From assembly GCA_963791045.1 (NCBI GenBank), contig CAWBQK010000007.1, forward strand, positions 192,001 to 256,000: a DNA stretch of 64,000 nucleotides. The letters run 5' to 3'. The notes under the pieces are model-generated. The model was given only the letters and a program-made list of their open reading frames with translations. It had not been told where the DNA came from and ran no database searches. Below are positions 20,848 through 31,871 of this stretch, piece by piece. The DNA comes from Candidatus Latescibacterota bacterium (GTDB lineage: Bacteria; Krumholzibacteriota; Krumholzibacteriia; WVZY01). Each line of letters begins with the position of its first letter. Positions within the stretch are counted from its first letter, which is position 1. The translations under genes were made by a program, and so were the position numbers.

Positions 20848-20971
20848 TCTGGATCCGGCGGTCCGGGTCTCCACGCTACTCTTCGTAACGAAGAATCAGC
20901 AAACGACTGCGTCAAAAACTTGTTTTCGCCGCGACTGTCCAGGTGATAGAATCCACGAAGGAGGAACTATC

Positions 20972-22639
20972 ATGTCAATAGATATTGCTAACAAGGTTGT
21001 TCGCGCCCCGCGGGGCATGTCATTGAGCTGTCGTGGATGGTACCAGGAAGCGGCGCTGAGAATGTTGTGCAACAACCTGGACCCTGAAGTGGCGGAGGAT
21101 CCAAAGAATCTTGTTGTCTACGGGGGACGTGGCAAGGCGGCGCGGAACTGGGAATCGTTTGCGCGAATAGTGGCGAGCCTGAGAGACCTTAAGGACGATG
21201 AAACGTTGCTCGTTCAGTCGGGAAAACCCGTCGCGGTGTTCAAGACCCATCCGGGCGCGCCGCGTGTTCTTATCGCCAATTCACTGCTCGTGCCGAAGTG
21301 GGCGACGTGGGAGCATTTCTGGGAGCTCGAGAGCAAGGATCTCATGATGTACGGGCAGATGACGGCGGGAAGCTGGATGTACATCGGTACGCAGGGGATT
21401 CTCCAGGGTACGTACGAGACGTTCGCCGCGTGCGGCGACAAGCACTTTGGCGGAACGCTCGCGGGAAGGCTCGTTCTGACCGGCGGTCTGGGTGGGATGG
21501 GTGGTGCGCAGCCGTTGTCTATCACGATGTGCGGTGGAGTTTGTCTCGCAGTCGAAGTTAACCCCGAATCAATACGGCGGCGGCTCGAAACGCGCTACCT
21601 CGACGTGATGGTAGAAGATATCGACGAAGCGGTCGAGATGGCGCTGGACGCGAGATCAAAAAAGAAGGCGCTGTCGATCGGACTTCTTGGAAATACCGCG
21701 GAGGTTTTCCCCGAGCTGCTAAAGAGGGGAATCGACATCGACGTCGTGACCGATCAGACATCGGCCCACGATCCTTTGAACGGATATATTCCCGAGGGGT
21801 TGAATCTGCAGGAAGCGGCAACCCTGCGTGAAAAAGACCCAGAAACATATATATCTCGCGCGATGAGTTCCATGGTCAAGCACGTAACGGCGATGGTCGG
21901 TTTCAGCCGGGCGGGATCGATCGTTTTCGACTACGGGAACAACATACGTGGGCAGGCCGACAAGGCCGGCTATGAGGACGCATTCGAATTTCCCGGATTC
22001 GTTCCCGCTTTCATCCGTCCGTTGTTCTGCGAGGGAAGCGGTCCCTTCCGCTGGATCGCGCTCTCGGGCGATCCCAAGGATATCGCGGTTAGTGACGATT
22101 TGATTCTCGAGTTATTCCCGCAGAAAGAAGCGCTCCAGCGGTGGATTCGCATGGCACGGGAGCGCGTGGCTTTCCAGGGGCTGCCGTCGCGGATTTGCTG
22201 GCTCAAGTACGGAGAGCGCGCCGAGTTTGGTTTGGCTCTCAACGACCTGGTCAAGAGAGGGAAGATCAGTGCGCCGATAGTCATCGGACGCGACCATCTC
22301 GATAGCGGGTCGGTGGCCAGCCCTTACCGGGAGACCGAGGCGATGAGGGACGGGAGCGACGCGGTGGCCGATTGGCCGATTTTGAACGCGCTGCTTAACG
22401 CGGTGAACGGTGCCGCGTGGGTTTCGGTTCACCATGGTGGTGGTGTGGGAATCGGTTTGTCGATCCATGCGGGCCTCGCCGTTCTCGCTGATGGAACCTC
22501 CGAAGGAGGGGAGCGGCTCGAGCGCTGCCTGACGGGGGACCCTGGCACGGGGATTGCAAGACATGCCGATGCTGGTTACGACATTGCGATAGACAGCGCA
22601 AAAGAAAACGGTGTCAAAATCCCGTTTCTCGAAAGCTAG
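20972..22639 (+). CDS. hutU: Urocanate hydratase
   Basis: [52 protein letters not shown]. Confidence 0.97.
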   Translation: MSIDIANKVVRAPRGMSLSCRGWYQEAALRMLCNNLDPEVAEDPKNLVVYGGRGKAARNWESFARIVASLRDLKDDETLLVQSGKPVAVFKTHPGAPRVLIANSLLVPKWATWEHFWELESKDLMMYGQMTAGSWMYIGTQGILQGTYETFAACGDKHFGGTLAGRLVLTGGLGGMGGAQPLSITMCGGVCLAVEVNPESIRRRLETRYLDVMVEDIDEAVEMALDARSKKKALSIGLLGNTAEVFPELLKRGIDIDVVTDQTSAHDPLNGYIPEGLNLQEAATLREKDPETYISRAMSSMVKHVTAMVGFSRAGSIVFDYGNNIRGQADKAGYEDAFEFPGFVPAFIRPLFCEGSGPFRWIALSGDPKDIAVSDDLILELFPQKEALQRWIRMARERVAFQGLPSRICWLKYGERAEFGLALNDLVKRGKISAPIVIGRDHLDSGSVASPYRETEAMRDGSDAVADWPILNALLNAVNGAAWVSVHHGGGVGIGLSIHAGLAVLADGTSEGGERLERCLTGDPGTGIARHADAGYDIAIDSAKENGVKIPFLES

Positions 22640-22685
22640 TCGCCGATCATTCAAATCGAATTCAGCTTCAAACGCAAGAGGAGCG

Positions 22686-23969
22686 GTGTTGAAACGGGAA
22701 GCCGATCTTATCGTCAAAAATTGTGGCCAGCTGCTTACGCTCGCAAAACCCACGAAGGAACCCCGAAAAGGAAAATCGCTCGCTGATTTAGGCCTTGTCG
22801 AAGGCGGCGTCATCGCGTCGATGAACGGGCGTATTGTCGCGGCCGGTCCGGCCGATGCCGTCATGGCAGAAATACAGCCGGTGGAGGGGTGCGCCGAGGT
22901 GGACTCGGACGGGGCGGTGGTCATGCCGGGATTTGTCGACTGCCACACCCACACGGTTTTCGCCGACTATCGACTCGATGAATACGAGAAACGTGTTCGC
23001 GGTGTACCCTATGCAGAAATAGCAAAGGCAGGGGGAGGAATCGCAAAAAGCGTCTCGGACATCCGTGAAATGGACGAACCGACCCTATTTTCCGTCAGCA
23101 GCGAACGTCTTGCGGGTTGTGTGAGGCATGGGAGCACAACAGTAGAAATAAAAAGCGGTTACGGGCTTGACCTCGACAATGAACTTAAGCAATTGCGGGT
23201 GATAAGGGATCTGTCGGAGATTTCGCCCGCATTGGTCGTCGCGACGTTTCTCGGAGCACACTCGGTACCGCCCGAATACCGCGATAAACGCGGAGAATAC
23301 ATCGATCTGGTGATTGAAGAGATGATTCCGGCGGTCGTGAAAGAGGGGCTCGCTGAATTTATCGATGTGTTTTCAGAGGTTGGGGTCTTCGACATCGAAG
23401 AAGCGGAACGGATTTTGCGGGCGGGTGAGAGTGCGGGTCTCCGGGCGCGGGTTCATGCCGACGAGCTCTACGATACATCCTCGGCGGAAATGGCCGTGCG
23501 CGTTGGTGCCGTGTCGGCGGACCACTTGACAAAGATCAGCCCCAGAGGAATGTCGCTCATGGCCGATTCAGCTGTGATTGGAGTCCTGCTCCCGGGAACT
23601 AGCTTCGGACTGCCGTCGCTTCACTTTGCTCCGGCGCGGGAAATGATCGATCACGGAATGGCCGTTGCGATCGCGTCCGATTTCAACCCGGGGAGTTCGC
23701 CCAGCGAGTCAATGCCGATGATGATATCGATCGCGTGCTCGCATTTGAGACTTAGCGCTGCCGAAGCTATCGCCGCGGCGACATACAATCCGGCGTTCGT
23801 GGTTGGACGGGAGAACGAGGTTGGGAGCCTGGAGCCGGGCAAGCGGACGGATTTTCTGATACTCAACTGCGAAGATTACCGAGAGGTTCCATACCGGTTC
23901 GGCGTAAATCCGGTTAGTCGGATTTTTGTCGAGGGAGCCGAGTGGGACGGAAAGTTTTTACACGACTGA
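22686..23969 (+). CDS. hutI: Imidazolonepropionase
   Basis: PGFVDCHTH, EIKSGYGL, TFLGAH, HADEL, SADHL, ASDFNPGS. Confidence 0.95.
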   Translation: MLKREADLIVKNCGQLLTLAKPTKEPRKGKSLADLGLVEGGVIASMNGRIVAAGPADAVMAEIQPVEGCAEVDSDGAVVMPGFVDCHTHTVFADYRLDEYEKRVRGVPYAEIAKAGGGIAKSVSDIREMDEPTLFSVSSERLAGCVRHGSTTVEIKSGYGLDLDNELKQLRVIRDLSEISPALVVATFLGAHSVPPEYRDKRGEYIDLVIEEMIPAVVKEGLAEFIDVFSEVGVFDIEEAERILRAGESAGLRARVHADELYDTSSAEMAVRVGAVSADHLTKISPRGMSLMADSAVIGVLLPGTSFGLPSLHFAPAREMIDHGMAVAIASDFNPGSSPSESMPMMISIACSHLRLSAAEAIAAATYNPAFVVGRENEVGSLEPGKRTDFLILNCEDYREVPYRFGVNPVSRIFVEGAEWDGKFLHD

Positions 23970-23989
23970 GAAACTAACAGGAACAGCCC

Positions 23990-25515
23990 TTGGCCAAGCC
24001 AAACAGCATAAGAAAAAAGGCGCTCGACTTTGCTCGAAAGCGCCAGTGGGACAAGGCCCTCGCCGAATTCGATAAACTTGTTGAGATCGAGTCGCACAAT
24101 CCCAACCTGTTCAACGAAATTGGCGACCTCCACATCAAACTCGACAACAAACGCGAGGCGTACAAGAGCTTTCACAGGGCGGTCGACGCTTACACGAAAG
24201 TTGGGCTTCATAACAATGCTGTCGCCGTGTGCAAGAAAATCATCAGGCTCAACCCCGGCGACCATGTTGTTTACGGAAAACTCGCGAGACTCAGACACCA
24301 GCAGGGATTCCACAGGGAAGCGGAAACATACTCGCTCGACTTTTTTGGCAATGCGGCACAAGGGCCGGACGTTGCCTCCGACGACCTGCGCGAGCTGGCC
24401 GTTGATATCGCTCTCGCCGCTGAGAAATCACCCGCCGTTCTGGAAATGGCGGCCGATTATCTCATAAACTGCGATCTTCGGCAGGATGCGGGGAGTGTTC
24501 TCGAAAAGCTATACCACCACCACTCCACCGAAGGCAACTCGTCGGAAGTCGACAAGGTAAAAGCTCGGATGGAGTCCATTGGATTCGTTCCGGCGCCGCC
24601 GCCGGATTCCGGGCAAACCGAAAAGCTCGAAACGATCGAGTCTCACAGAGAGAGTTCGGATGGTTTCCGTGATGACGAATTCGGTTCGTCGAACGATGCG
24701 GCGCTCCCGCCACATATTCGCAGCGATCAGGGAGCGGATGTCGCGAGCGATTTCGGCGTGATCGATATGCCGGGGCCGAGCGACGCCTCCGATACAGAAG
24801 TCCAAATGGAATCGGTGGACGAGCAAGAAGAACCGATACGGCCAATGCGGATGCTCCGTTCGACCCGGACACAACGAGCGATGTTTTTGACGGACCGGCG
24901 TCGCAGCAATCGGATTGTGACAGCGAACCGATCGACGAAGGGGCGGATGTTGTGGATGCCGGCGCGAACGAGCACGTGGATGAAAATGATTCCGCCGCAG
25001 GCCTGGAGGAATATGTTATCCCCGTGACCGGTGCGGATGAAGAGATCGAAGCGACCGATCCGGAAGAGCCCGCCGATCCATTCGCGGAAGATGTTTCGGG
25101 TGACTCCATTCTGGGAGGTCTTGCCAGCGAAGTTACCGCCGATGTGGCGGAAGACGACCATCGAAGCCACTATGATCTTGGAATGGCGTATCTCGAAATG
25201 GCCCTTCTCAACGAGGCGATCCGCGAGTTCCAGTTCGCGGCGAAGTCGGCGCCCTACCAGGTCCGATGTCTCGAGATGATCGGTCAGTGCTTCATCCAGC
25301 AGGATAACCCGCAGCTGGCGATCAAACAGCTTACGCGCGGTCTCGCTCTCGTCGGCGATGACGACAGCGACGCAATGGGTATCAAGTACAATCTCGGCCT
25401 GGCGTACGAAATGATCGGCGATGACGAGAAGGCCCAGTCCTTTTTCGAGGACGTGTATGTTATCGACGTCACATTCAGAGACATCGAGAACAAGGTCAAG
25501 AAATACGCCACGTGA
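23990..25515 (+). CDS. Tetratricopeptide-repeat protein (N-terminal TPRs, acidic linker, C-terminal TPRs); one frameshift at ~24831
   Basis: ORFs 23990-25027 and 24952-25515 join if one A is added at GAAGAA(A)CCGAT; C-terminal HYDLGMAYLEMALLNEAIREFQ and KYNLGLAYE TPRs. Confidence 0.75.
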
Positions 25516-25681
25516 AGACCCGCTTTTGCCACCCCGGTAATTGTTGACTGAAACGACACGGTTCCTCTACCATTCATCGACTCCGGCGACCTGCTCGACC
25601 CGAGGCGGCTCCTCCATTTACGGCGAACCTGTCGATCCGGACGAAAATGTCGTCGTTTTCACGTTTACAGAATTCCTCCCG

Positions 25682-26230
25682 ATGCATCAAACCCGACGTG
25701 TACTCCTGACCTGTTTGCTCATTGCCGTGGTCGTTACCCTCGGGTATGCGCTTGCCGGAGTGCCCAATATCGAATTGATGACCGTTGCCGTGTTCGTGTC
25801 GGGATTCCTGCTGGGGCCGGGATTGGGTGCGGTGGTCGGTGCGGTTTCGGCGACGATGTTTTCGGTATTCAATCCGCTCGGTGCGGCGCTGCCGCCGCTG
25901 CTGATCGCGCAGGCCCTCTCGCAGGCGCTTGTCGGGGTGGCCGGAGGGTGTGTCGGACCGGTGTTAATCAATTGTGGTAAACGCTGGATATCATTTGCCG
26001 GAGCGGGCATACTTGGACTCCTCCTCACCCTGGTTTATGACATCGCGACCAATGTGGGCGCATTTGTAGTATTTTCCGGGGAGCGGACGCTGGGGAATCT
26101 AGTAAAATTTGTTGGAGCCGGGATCGTATTTATGGTGCTTCACCTTGTGTGGAACACGTTGGTGTTTGCGGTCGTGCTCACACCTGTTTTGATGGTGTTG
26201 GACCGCTACAGACGGGAGATTTCCGGGTGA
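25682..26230 (+). CDS. ECF transporter S-component (CbrT-like, substrate uncertain)
   Basis: About 180 aa with 5-6 hydrophobic helices; PNIELMT..VSGFLLGP..GAVVG signature. Confidence 0.75.
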   Translation: MHQTRRVLLTCLLIAVVVTLGYALAGVPNIELMTVAVFVSGFLLGPGLGAVVGAVSATMFSVFNPLGAALPPLLIAQALSQALVGVAGGCVGPVLINCGKRWISFAGAGILGLLLTLVYDIATNVGAFVVFSGERTLGNLVKFVGAGIVFMVLHLVWNTLVFAVVLTPVLMVLDRYRREISG

Positions 26231-28200
26231 CTCGGATCAAGTCGATGTTTTGGCTGATGGTGATCGTGATGACCGTGCTGTGGACAACGGACGGCGCGGC
26301 TCAAGATGCCGAGGCTGAAGCGGATACAACAAAAGCGGCGCCCACACCCGAGTCCCCCAAGCGACATGTGGTGACCGAGGACGGCAACGTCGCACCCACC
26401 GTGCAGCCGCCGGCGCGCGCTCCGGCGTCGCGGATCGAAGTGCCCCATAGTCCGACGGACACCATCAACGGAGACACATTTCGACGACGCCACGCTTTTT
26501 CCCTCGATCATTTTTTTGAGATGTGGCCCCGGACCGTCATCGGGCGGCAGGGTCCGATCGGCGCGGAGGCCAACTACTCTCGTTATGGGGTAGGGTATGG
26601 CCGGGGTGCATTCTATCTTGGGAGCGTCCCGCTGAACGATCCCCAGGATGACCGCATGCCACTGGGACTTGTGCCGACGACACCGATCGGCGAACTCAGC
26701 GCCAAAGGCCAGTCGAGACTGTTTCTGCCGGCGCGGTCCAACATAGAAGGCGTCTACCAGATTGTCGAGCCTCCCATGCCGACGGACAAGCCGGTCACCT
26801 GGGTCGAGTTGTCGAAGGGTGATCGAAATCTTCGACAGAGACGTTTGAAGTTCTCATCGATTGTCGGCCCCGTGGGAATCGATTTTTATTTTGACGAACT
26901 CTTGAACGACGGCTACGCCTTCGATGGCCGTGAGAAGGTAAACGGATCGGACTACGGAAAGTCGACCACACGGACACAGGGAGGCAACATAAGGGGACGG
27001 ATCCCGGGCGGTGAGGGTTACCTGTTTTCATTCCGGAGGTTCACCCACACTTTCGAGGGGGACCTGATTTCGGCGGACCGCGTCCACCGAAGGGACGGTC
27101 ATTACGCATTGTTGAGAAGTGGTTTTGGCGCGGTGGACTTGTCCGTGTTCGAAAGGAGCCACAAGACTCAAGCCGAAGAGGCGCGTGATCTATCCGGTAA
27201 TATTGCGGCGGTGGATTCGAGCTCGGCCAACCATACCGCCGGCGCATTTTTGTCCTGGCCGTTCTCTCTTGGTGGTGGTAGCGGGGTGACGCTCGGTGCG
27301 GGTTACGAGGACGTTCACTCGAAACAGGAAATCGGCGACGTTACGGCGAGTAACAGACTTCAAAAGGCGCACCTGGGCGTGACGGGAAGCACGAGGGCGC
27401 CGTGGGGATTCGCCCTGAAAGCGAACGCAAATACCACCTATTATGTCGACTCTTTTGCCGGCTGGGGCGCGGACCTGACTTTTGGCCGGTCGTTGGGTTC
27501 GAGCAACCGGTTTATTGTAGAACTCAAGCGCGGTTTCAGGATGCCCAATCTTTCGGAGCTTTACCAACCTCTCCACAGTGTGTTCATGGAGCCGACGATC
27601 AAACTTACAGGCAACCGCTACGTAAAGGACGAACACTCGCTCGAAGCAAGCGCTGCCTGGTACACCCGGTTCGGGATTCTTGAGAACGAAATCCGCGGGA
27701 CCGGGATACGCATGCAGAATCCGATAGTCTTCAACCGCGTCGAAGGGGAAGCCGTTAACTTGCGCAGCGCTCAGAACGGTGTTGTCGAGGATCTTTTCGT
27801 TGTCGAAGAGCGATTGGGAATTCGCGAGTCGGTGTTGACTATGGATGTTGAACTCTCGGGGGGAATCGAGTACTGCCCAAGCGTGCGGGAACGGTACTTC
27901 GCGTCGGTTCCCGGAGTTCGTGCAAGCGCCGTGGCGTCAATCGGACGCGATATTTTCAAGAACACAAGCGGCTTTAGATTGAGCGCGGAATACAAGTACG
28001 GAGGTTCGCGCAAGGCGGGGTCGACCCACGAGCTGCCGTCGTACAACGTTGTCAATGTCAAGCTCGTCTTTCGTCTCATTGATGCTAACATTTATCTTCA
28101 GTGGTTGAATGTATCCGACACCAAGTACGTGACGGTGTGGCCCTTCCTGATGCCGCCGCGGACGTTTGTCTATGGTATAGAGTGGAGCATTTTCGATTAG
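26227..28200 (+). CDS. TonB-dependent-receptor-like / putative porin outer-membrane protein
   Basis: Signal peptide; Pro-rich linker; degenerate plug-like segment (GRQGPIG..YLGSVPLNDPQ); GFRMPNLSELY; C-terminus SYNVVN..NVSDTKY..PPRTFVYGIEWSIFD; GTGA overlap with the S-component stop. Confidence 0.65.
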   Translation: MTRIKSMFWLMVIVMTVLWTTDGAAQDAEAEADTTKAAPTPESPKRHVVTEDGNVAPTVQPPARAPASRIEVPHSPTDTINGDTFRRRHAFSLDHFFEMWPRTVIGRQGPIGAEANYSRYGVGYGRGAFYLGSVPLNDPQDDRMPLGLVPTTPIGELSAKGQSRLFLPARSNIEGVYQIVEPPMPTDKPVTWVELSKGDRNLRQRRLKFSSIVGPVGIDFYFDELLNDGYAFDGREKVNGSDYGKSTTRTQGGNIRGRIPGGEGYLFSFRRFTHTFEGDLISADRVHRRDGHYALLRSGFGAVDLSVFERSHKTQAEEARDLSGNIAAVDSSSANHTAGAFLSWPFSLGGGSGVTLGAGYEDVHSKQEIGDVTASNRLQKAHLGVTGSTRAPWGFALKANANTTYYVDSFAGWGADLTFGRSLGSSNRFIVELKRGFRMPNLSELYQPLHSVFMEPTIKLTGNRYVKDEHSLEASAAWYTRFGILENEIRGTGIRMQNPIVFNRVEGEAVNLRSAQNGVVEDLFVVEERLGIRESVLTMDVELSGGIEYCPSVRERYFASVPGVRASAVASIGRDIFKNTSGFRLSAEYKYGGSRKAGSTHELPSYNVVNVKLVFRLIDANIYLQWLNVSDTKYVTVWPFLMPPRTFVYGIEWSIFD

Positions 28201-28271
28201 CTTGAGTGGGGTGTAACGATCGATGGGTCGTGGCGGTGAGGGGAACGCCGTCCAAAATGGGAGGTGTGGTG

Positions 28272-28703
28272 GTGAGGAAAGTAATCGGAGCGTTTGTTGT
28301 CTTGTCCGTCGCCGTTGTTCTCAGGGGCGGCGATATTTTTTATGGGCCGGCGTGGAAAGCGTTGTCGGCTTTTGGCGGGTCCACCGCATCATCTGTTTCT
28401 CGTGACGGGGCTCTTGACCGATCACCCTCGAACCCGGACGGCGCTGCCCTCCCGAAGCCCGCTCAGCATCGGCCGCTCACGGGTAAGAAAAACCTGCCCC
28501 CTGATTTCATTGACCATCCGCTTCTGTTCCTCTCAACAGCCCCTGCGGACTCGCTCGTGCTGCTTCCGGGCATTGGTCCGGTACTTGCTGAACGCATCGT
28601 GGGTGTTCGAACCGGTAAAAGGTCATTCACCAGGTGGGATGATCTTTTGGTCGTCAAGGGTATCGGACCCAAGACGCTCGATCGGCTCAAGGGACTTAAG
28701 TAA
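28272..28703 (+). CDS. comEA: ComEA family helix-hairpin-helix DNA-binding protein
   Basis: N-terminal hydrophobic anchor; LVLLPGIGPVLAERIV and DLLVVKGIGPKTLDRL HhH motifs; GGAGG RBS. Confidence 0.8.
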   Translation: MRKVIGAFVVLSVAVVLRGGDIFYGPAWKALSAFGGSTASSVSRDGALDRSPSNPDGAALPKPAQHRPLTGKKNLPPDFIDHPLLFLSTAPADSLVLLPGIGPVLAERIVGVRTGKRSFTRWDDLLVVKGIGPKTLDRLKGLK

Positions 28704-28957
28704 TCCACCGCCGGTCGAAAACCGTTCAGTCTAGTCGCATTTTGCGGTTTTTCATTTAAATGCAGGTAATACGCGGTCGGGTTATTCCAGCCGTACCAAG
28801 GCGGGTCGCAGACCCGGAGATGCCCGGATTGCCGGTGCGCCTTTGGGGTGCAAGGAGCGATAACTTTCTTATGGACATGCGGTTAGATAGTATCTTCAAG
28901 CCCCGCTCCATGGAGCTTTCTGCGGGGTGTTTCAACGTCGCCCGGGCCGGGGCGCCG

Positions 28958-28972
28958 TGGCATAAGACTTGC
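28958..28972 (+). promoter_or_regulatory. Sigma54 (-24/-12) promoter upstream of pilB
   Basis: TGGCATAAGACTTGC, i.e. GG-N10-GC in the TGGCA...TTGC consensus. Confidence 0.75.
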
Positions 28973-29060
28973 GGAAAAACCGCAGTTCGATGTGCGATTC
29001 GGCAATCAAATAGTCAACTTACAAAATATTCTGATCTGATCGGTTCTGGAGGATCCACCG

Positions 29061-30743
29061 TTGACGGATAGAATCGCTAAAAAACTCCTGGATTCAAGCC
29101 TAATAAGCCAGGAGCAAATGGGTCGCGCGCTCGAGGTCCAGAAGACCGAGGGCGGTTCTCTTGGTTACAATCTCGTCAAGACCGGCGCGATTTCGGAGTT
29201 GGCCTTCGCCGAATTCATGGGGCAGGTGTTCAATGTTCCGGCGATCAACCTCGATGAAGCCGATCCCAGCGGCGACGCGGTCGCGTTGATTCCAACCGAG
29301 GTAGCCACCAAGTTTCAGGTCGTCCCCATCCAACGAGAAGGCAGAATCCTCACCGTTGCGATGGCCAACCCGGACAATATCTTTGCGATCGACGACATCA
29401 AGTTCATTACCGGTCTTGAGGTGCGGCCCGTAGTCGCGACGGAATCCTCGATCAAGAAGGCCATCGATCGCCTGTACGACTCGGCGGACTCGCTGGCCAG
29501 CATTATGAGGGACATGGAGGAGGACTTCGAGATCGTCGATGACATCGACGAGGACATTTCACTCGAAGAAGTCCAGTCCACCGATGCGCCGGTAGTCAAG
29601 CTGGTGAACAGCCTCATCGCCGACGCCGTCGCCAAGCACGCGAGTGATATTCATATTGAACCATACGAAAAACAGGTGCGCGTTCGCTACAGGATCGACG
29701 GAATGCTCCACGAGATGATGTCCCCGCCGTTCAAGATGAAGGGCGCTATCATTTCGAGACTCAAGATTATGGCCGAGCTGGACATCGCCGAGAAACGAGT
29801 TCCGCAGGACGGCCGCATAAAGATTCGGATCGGCAGCAAATCAATCGACCTTCGTGTCAGTTCGCTTCCGACGATTTATGGCGAGAAAGTCGTGATGCGT
29901 ATCCTCGACAAAAGCAATCTCCAGATCGATCTCTCAAAACTGGGTTTCGACGAGAAAGCATTGGCGAGATTTCTCGATGCGATTGAGAGTCCCTATGGAA
30001 TGGTGCTCGTAACGGGACCGACGGGTTCGGGTAAAAGTACAACTCTCTACAGCGCGCTGAATCGAATCAACAAACCTTTCACGAACATCATGACGGCCGA
30101 GGATCCCGTTGAGTACAACATCGACGGCATCAACCAGGTCAACGTAAACGACGACATCGGACTGTCGTTTGCTGCCGCGTTGAGGGCATTCCTCCGCCAG
30201 GATCCCAACATCGTAATGGTAGGTGAGATTCGTGACCTCGAGACGGGATCGATCGCGATCAAGGCGGCTCTGACGGGTCACCTCGTTTTGAGCACGCTTC
30301 ATACGAACGACGCTCCCAGTTCGGTCAACAGAATGATCGACATGGGAATCGAACCGTTCCTTGTGTCGAGTTCGGTAATCATGATCATCGCACAGCGTCT
30401 TGTTCGCAAGCTCTGCGCGAAGTGCAAACAACCGGTCAAGCTCCACGAGGAGACACTCCGGGAGTTGGGAATCGAGGAATCCCCCGAGGAATTGACGTTG
30501 TTCGAAGCGAGGGGTTGCATCGACTGTAACGATACGGGCTACGCGGGCCGGCTCGGACTCTACGAGGTTATGCCGATCTCGGGGACGGTCAAAGAAATGA
30601 TTATCGATCGGAAATCGGTGACTGATTTGAAGACCCAGGCCGTTAAAGAAGGAATGCTTACGCTACGGACTGACGGTCTAGAAAAATTCAAACGTGGAAT
30701 TACATCACTCGAAGAAATTCTCCGAGAAACAACCGAGTTTTAA
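29061..30743 (+). CDS. pilB: Type IV pilus assembly ATPase PilB
   Basis: MshEN-like N-terminus; ASDIHIEP; PQDGRI; GPTGSGKST; AFLRQDPN; LSTLHTNDA; tetracysteine CxxC..CxxC. Confidence 0.96.
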   Translation: MTDRIAKKLLDSSLISQEQMGRALEVQKTEGGSLGYNLVKTGAISELAFAEFMGQVFNVPAINLDEADPSGDAVALIPTEVATKFQVVPIQREGRILTVAMANPDNIFAIDDIKFITGLEVRPVVATESSIKKAIDRLYDSADSLASIMRDMEEDFEIVDDIDEDISLEEVQSTDAPVVKLVNSLIADAVAKHASDIHIEPYEKQVRVRYRIDGMLHEMMSPPFKMKGAIISRLKIMAELDIAEKRVPQDGRIKIRIGSKSIDLRVSSLPTIYGEKVVMRILDKSNLQIDLSKLGFDEKALARFLDAIESPYGMVLVTGPTGSGKSTTLYSALNRINKPFTNIMTAEDPVEYNIDGINQVNVNDDIGLSFAAALRAFLRQDPNIVMVGEIRDLETGSIAIKAALTGHLVLSTLHTNDAPSSVNRMIDMGIEPFLVSSSVIMIIAQRLVRKLCAKCKQPVKLHEETLRELGIEESPEELTLFEARGCIDCNDTGYAGRLGLYEVMPISGTVKEMIIDRKSVTDLKTQAVKEGMLTLRTDGLEKFKRGITSLEEILRETTEF

Positions 30744-30758
30744 GAAGGCGGATGGATC

Positions 30759-31835
30759 ATGATCAACCTGCGGGATCTTTTGCACGAAATGATCGAGAAA
30801 AAGGCGTCTGACCTGCACATCACCGCGGGATTGTCTCCACAGTTGAGAATAGACGGACAAGTGACGCCGACACCGCATGAGAAAATGACGCCCGAAGACA
30901 CATTGCACATCACCTACAGCGTGCTCAACGAAGAACAGCAGAAACGGTTCGAGGCGGAAAAAGAGCTCGACTTCTCGTTTGGCGTCAAGGGACTTAGCCG
31001 GTTTCGCGCAAACGTATTTCTGCAGCGCGGAGTGGTTAGCCTCGCGATCAGGCAGATTCCGTACGAGATTCTGGACATGAGAACGCTGGGATTGCCGCAA
31101 CGTCATCGAGAGACTTGCGGAAAAACAACGGGGCATGATCCTCGTTACCGGGTCCAACAGGATGTGGCAAATCGACAACACTTGCCAGCGTCATTGACAA
31201 GGTGAACAGGGAGAGAACCAGTCACATCATCACGATCGAAGACCCCATCGAATACATCCATCAACACAAGCGGTGCATTGTAAACCAGCGAGAGGTAAAG
31301 GCGGATACGGAGAGTTTTTCCGTTGCCCTCAAACACGTGCTTCGCCAGGACCCCGACGTCATTCTGATCGGCGAGATGCGCGACCTTGAGACGATGGCCG
31401 CCGGACTGACAATCGCGGAGACCGGTCACTTGACCCTGGCGACACTCTCACACGAACTCCACATATGAGTCCATCAACCGTATCGTCGATTCCTTCCCGG
31501 CGTCGCAGCAGGGGCAGGTTCGAGCCCAGCTGGCGTTTGTTCTCGAAGGTGTCGTTACGCAACAGCTCATCCCGCGGGCAAACGGGAAGGGTCGGGTCCT
31601 TGTCTGCGAGGTGATGGTTTGTACGCCGGCCATCCGCGCGACGATCAGGGACGACAAGGTTCACCAGATCTATGGCTTGATGCAGGCCGGACAGAAATTC
31701 GGGATGCAGACGATGAACCAGGGTCTGTTCAACGCAGCAATCAAAGGTGATATCACCACCAACGAAGCTTTGAGAAGAAGTGCGGATCCGGAAGAGCTCG
31801 CCAACATGCTCGGGACAAAAGTGCCGGTTTGCTGA
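30759..31835 (+). CDS. pilT: Type IV pilus retraction ATPase PilT (three apparent 1-nt insertions at ~31098, ~31151, ~31447)
   Basis: [70 protein letters not shown], spread over shifted frames. Confidence 0.9.
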
Positions 31836-31871
31836 TTAGGACCCGCGGTACCGGCTTAAGGGGGATCTACA

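Noticed and set aside
25516-25681. Cobalamin or other riboswitch upstream of the ECF S-component
   Set aside because: No recognisable B12-box/GCCACTG/GGGAAG or TPP/FMN core motifs by eye; an Infernal scan would be needed to exclude it fully.
28760-29071. 103-aa ORF between comEA and pilB
   Set aside because: It has no motif or RBS and overlaps the sigma54 promoter and upstream elements; better explained as regulatory DNA.
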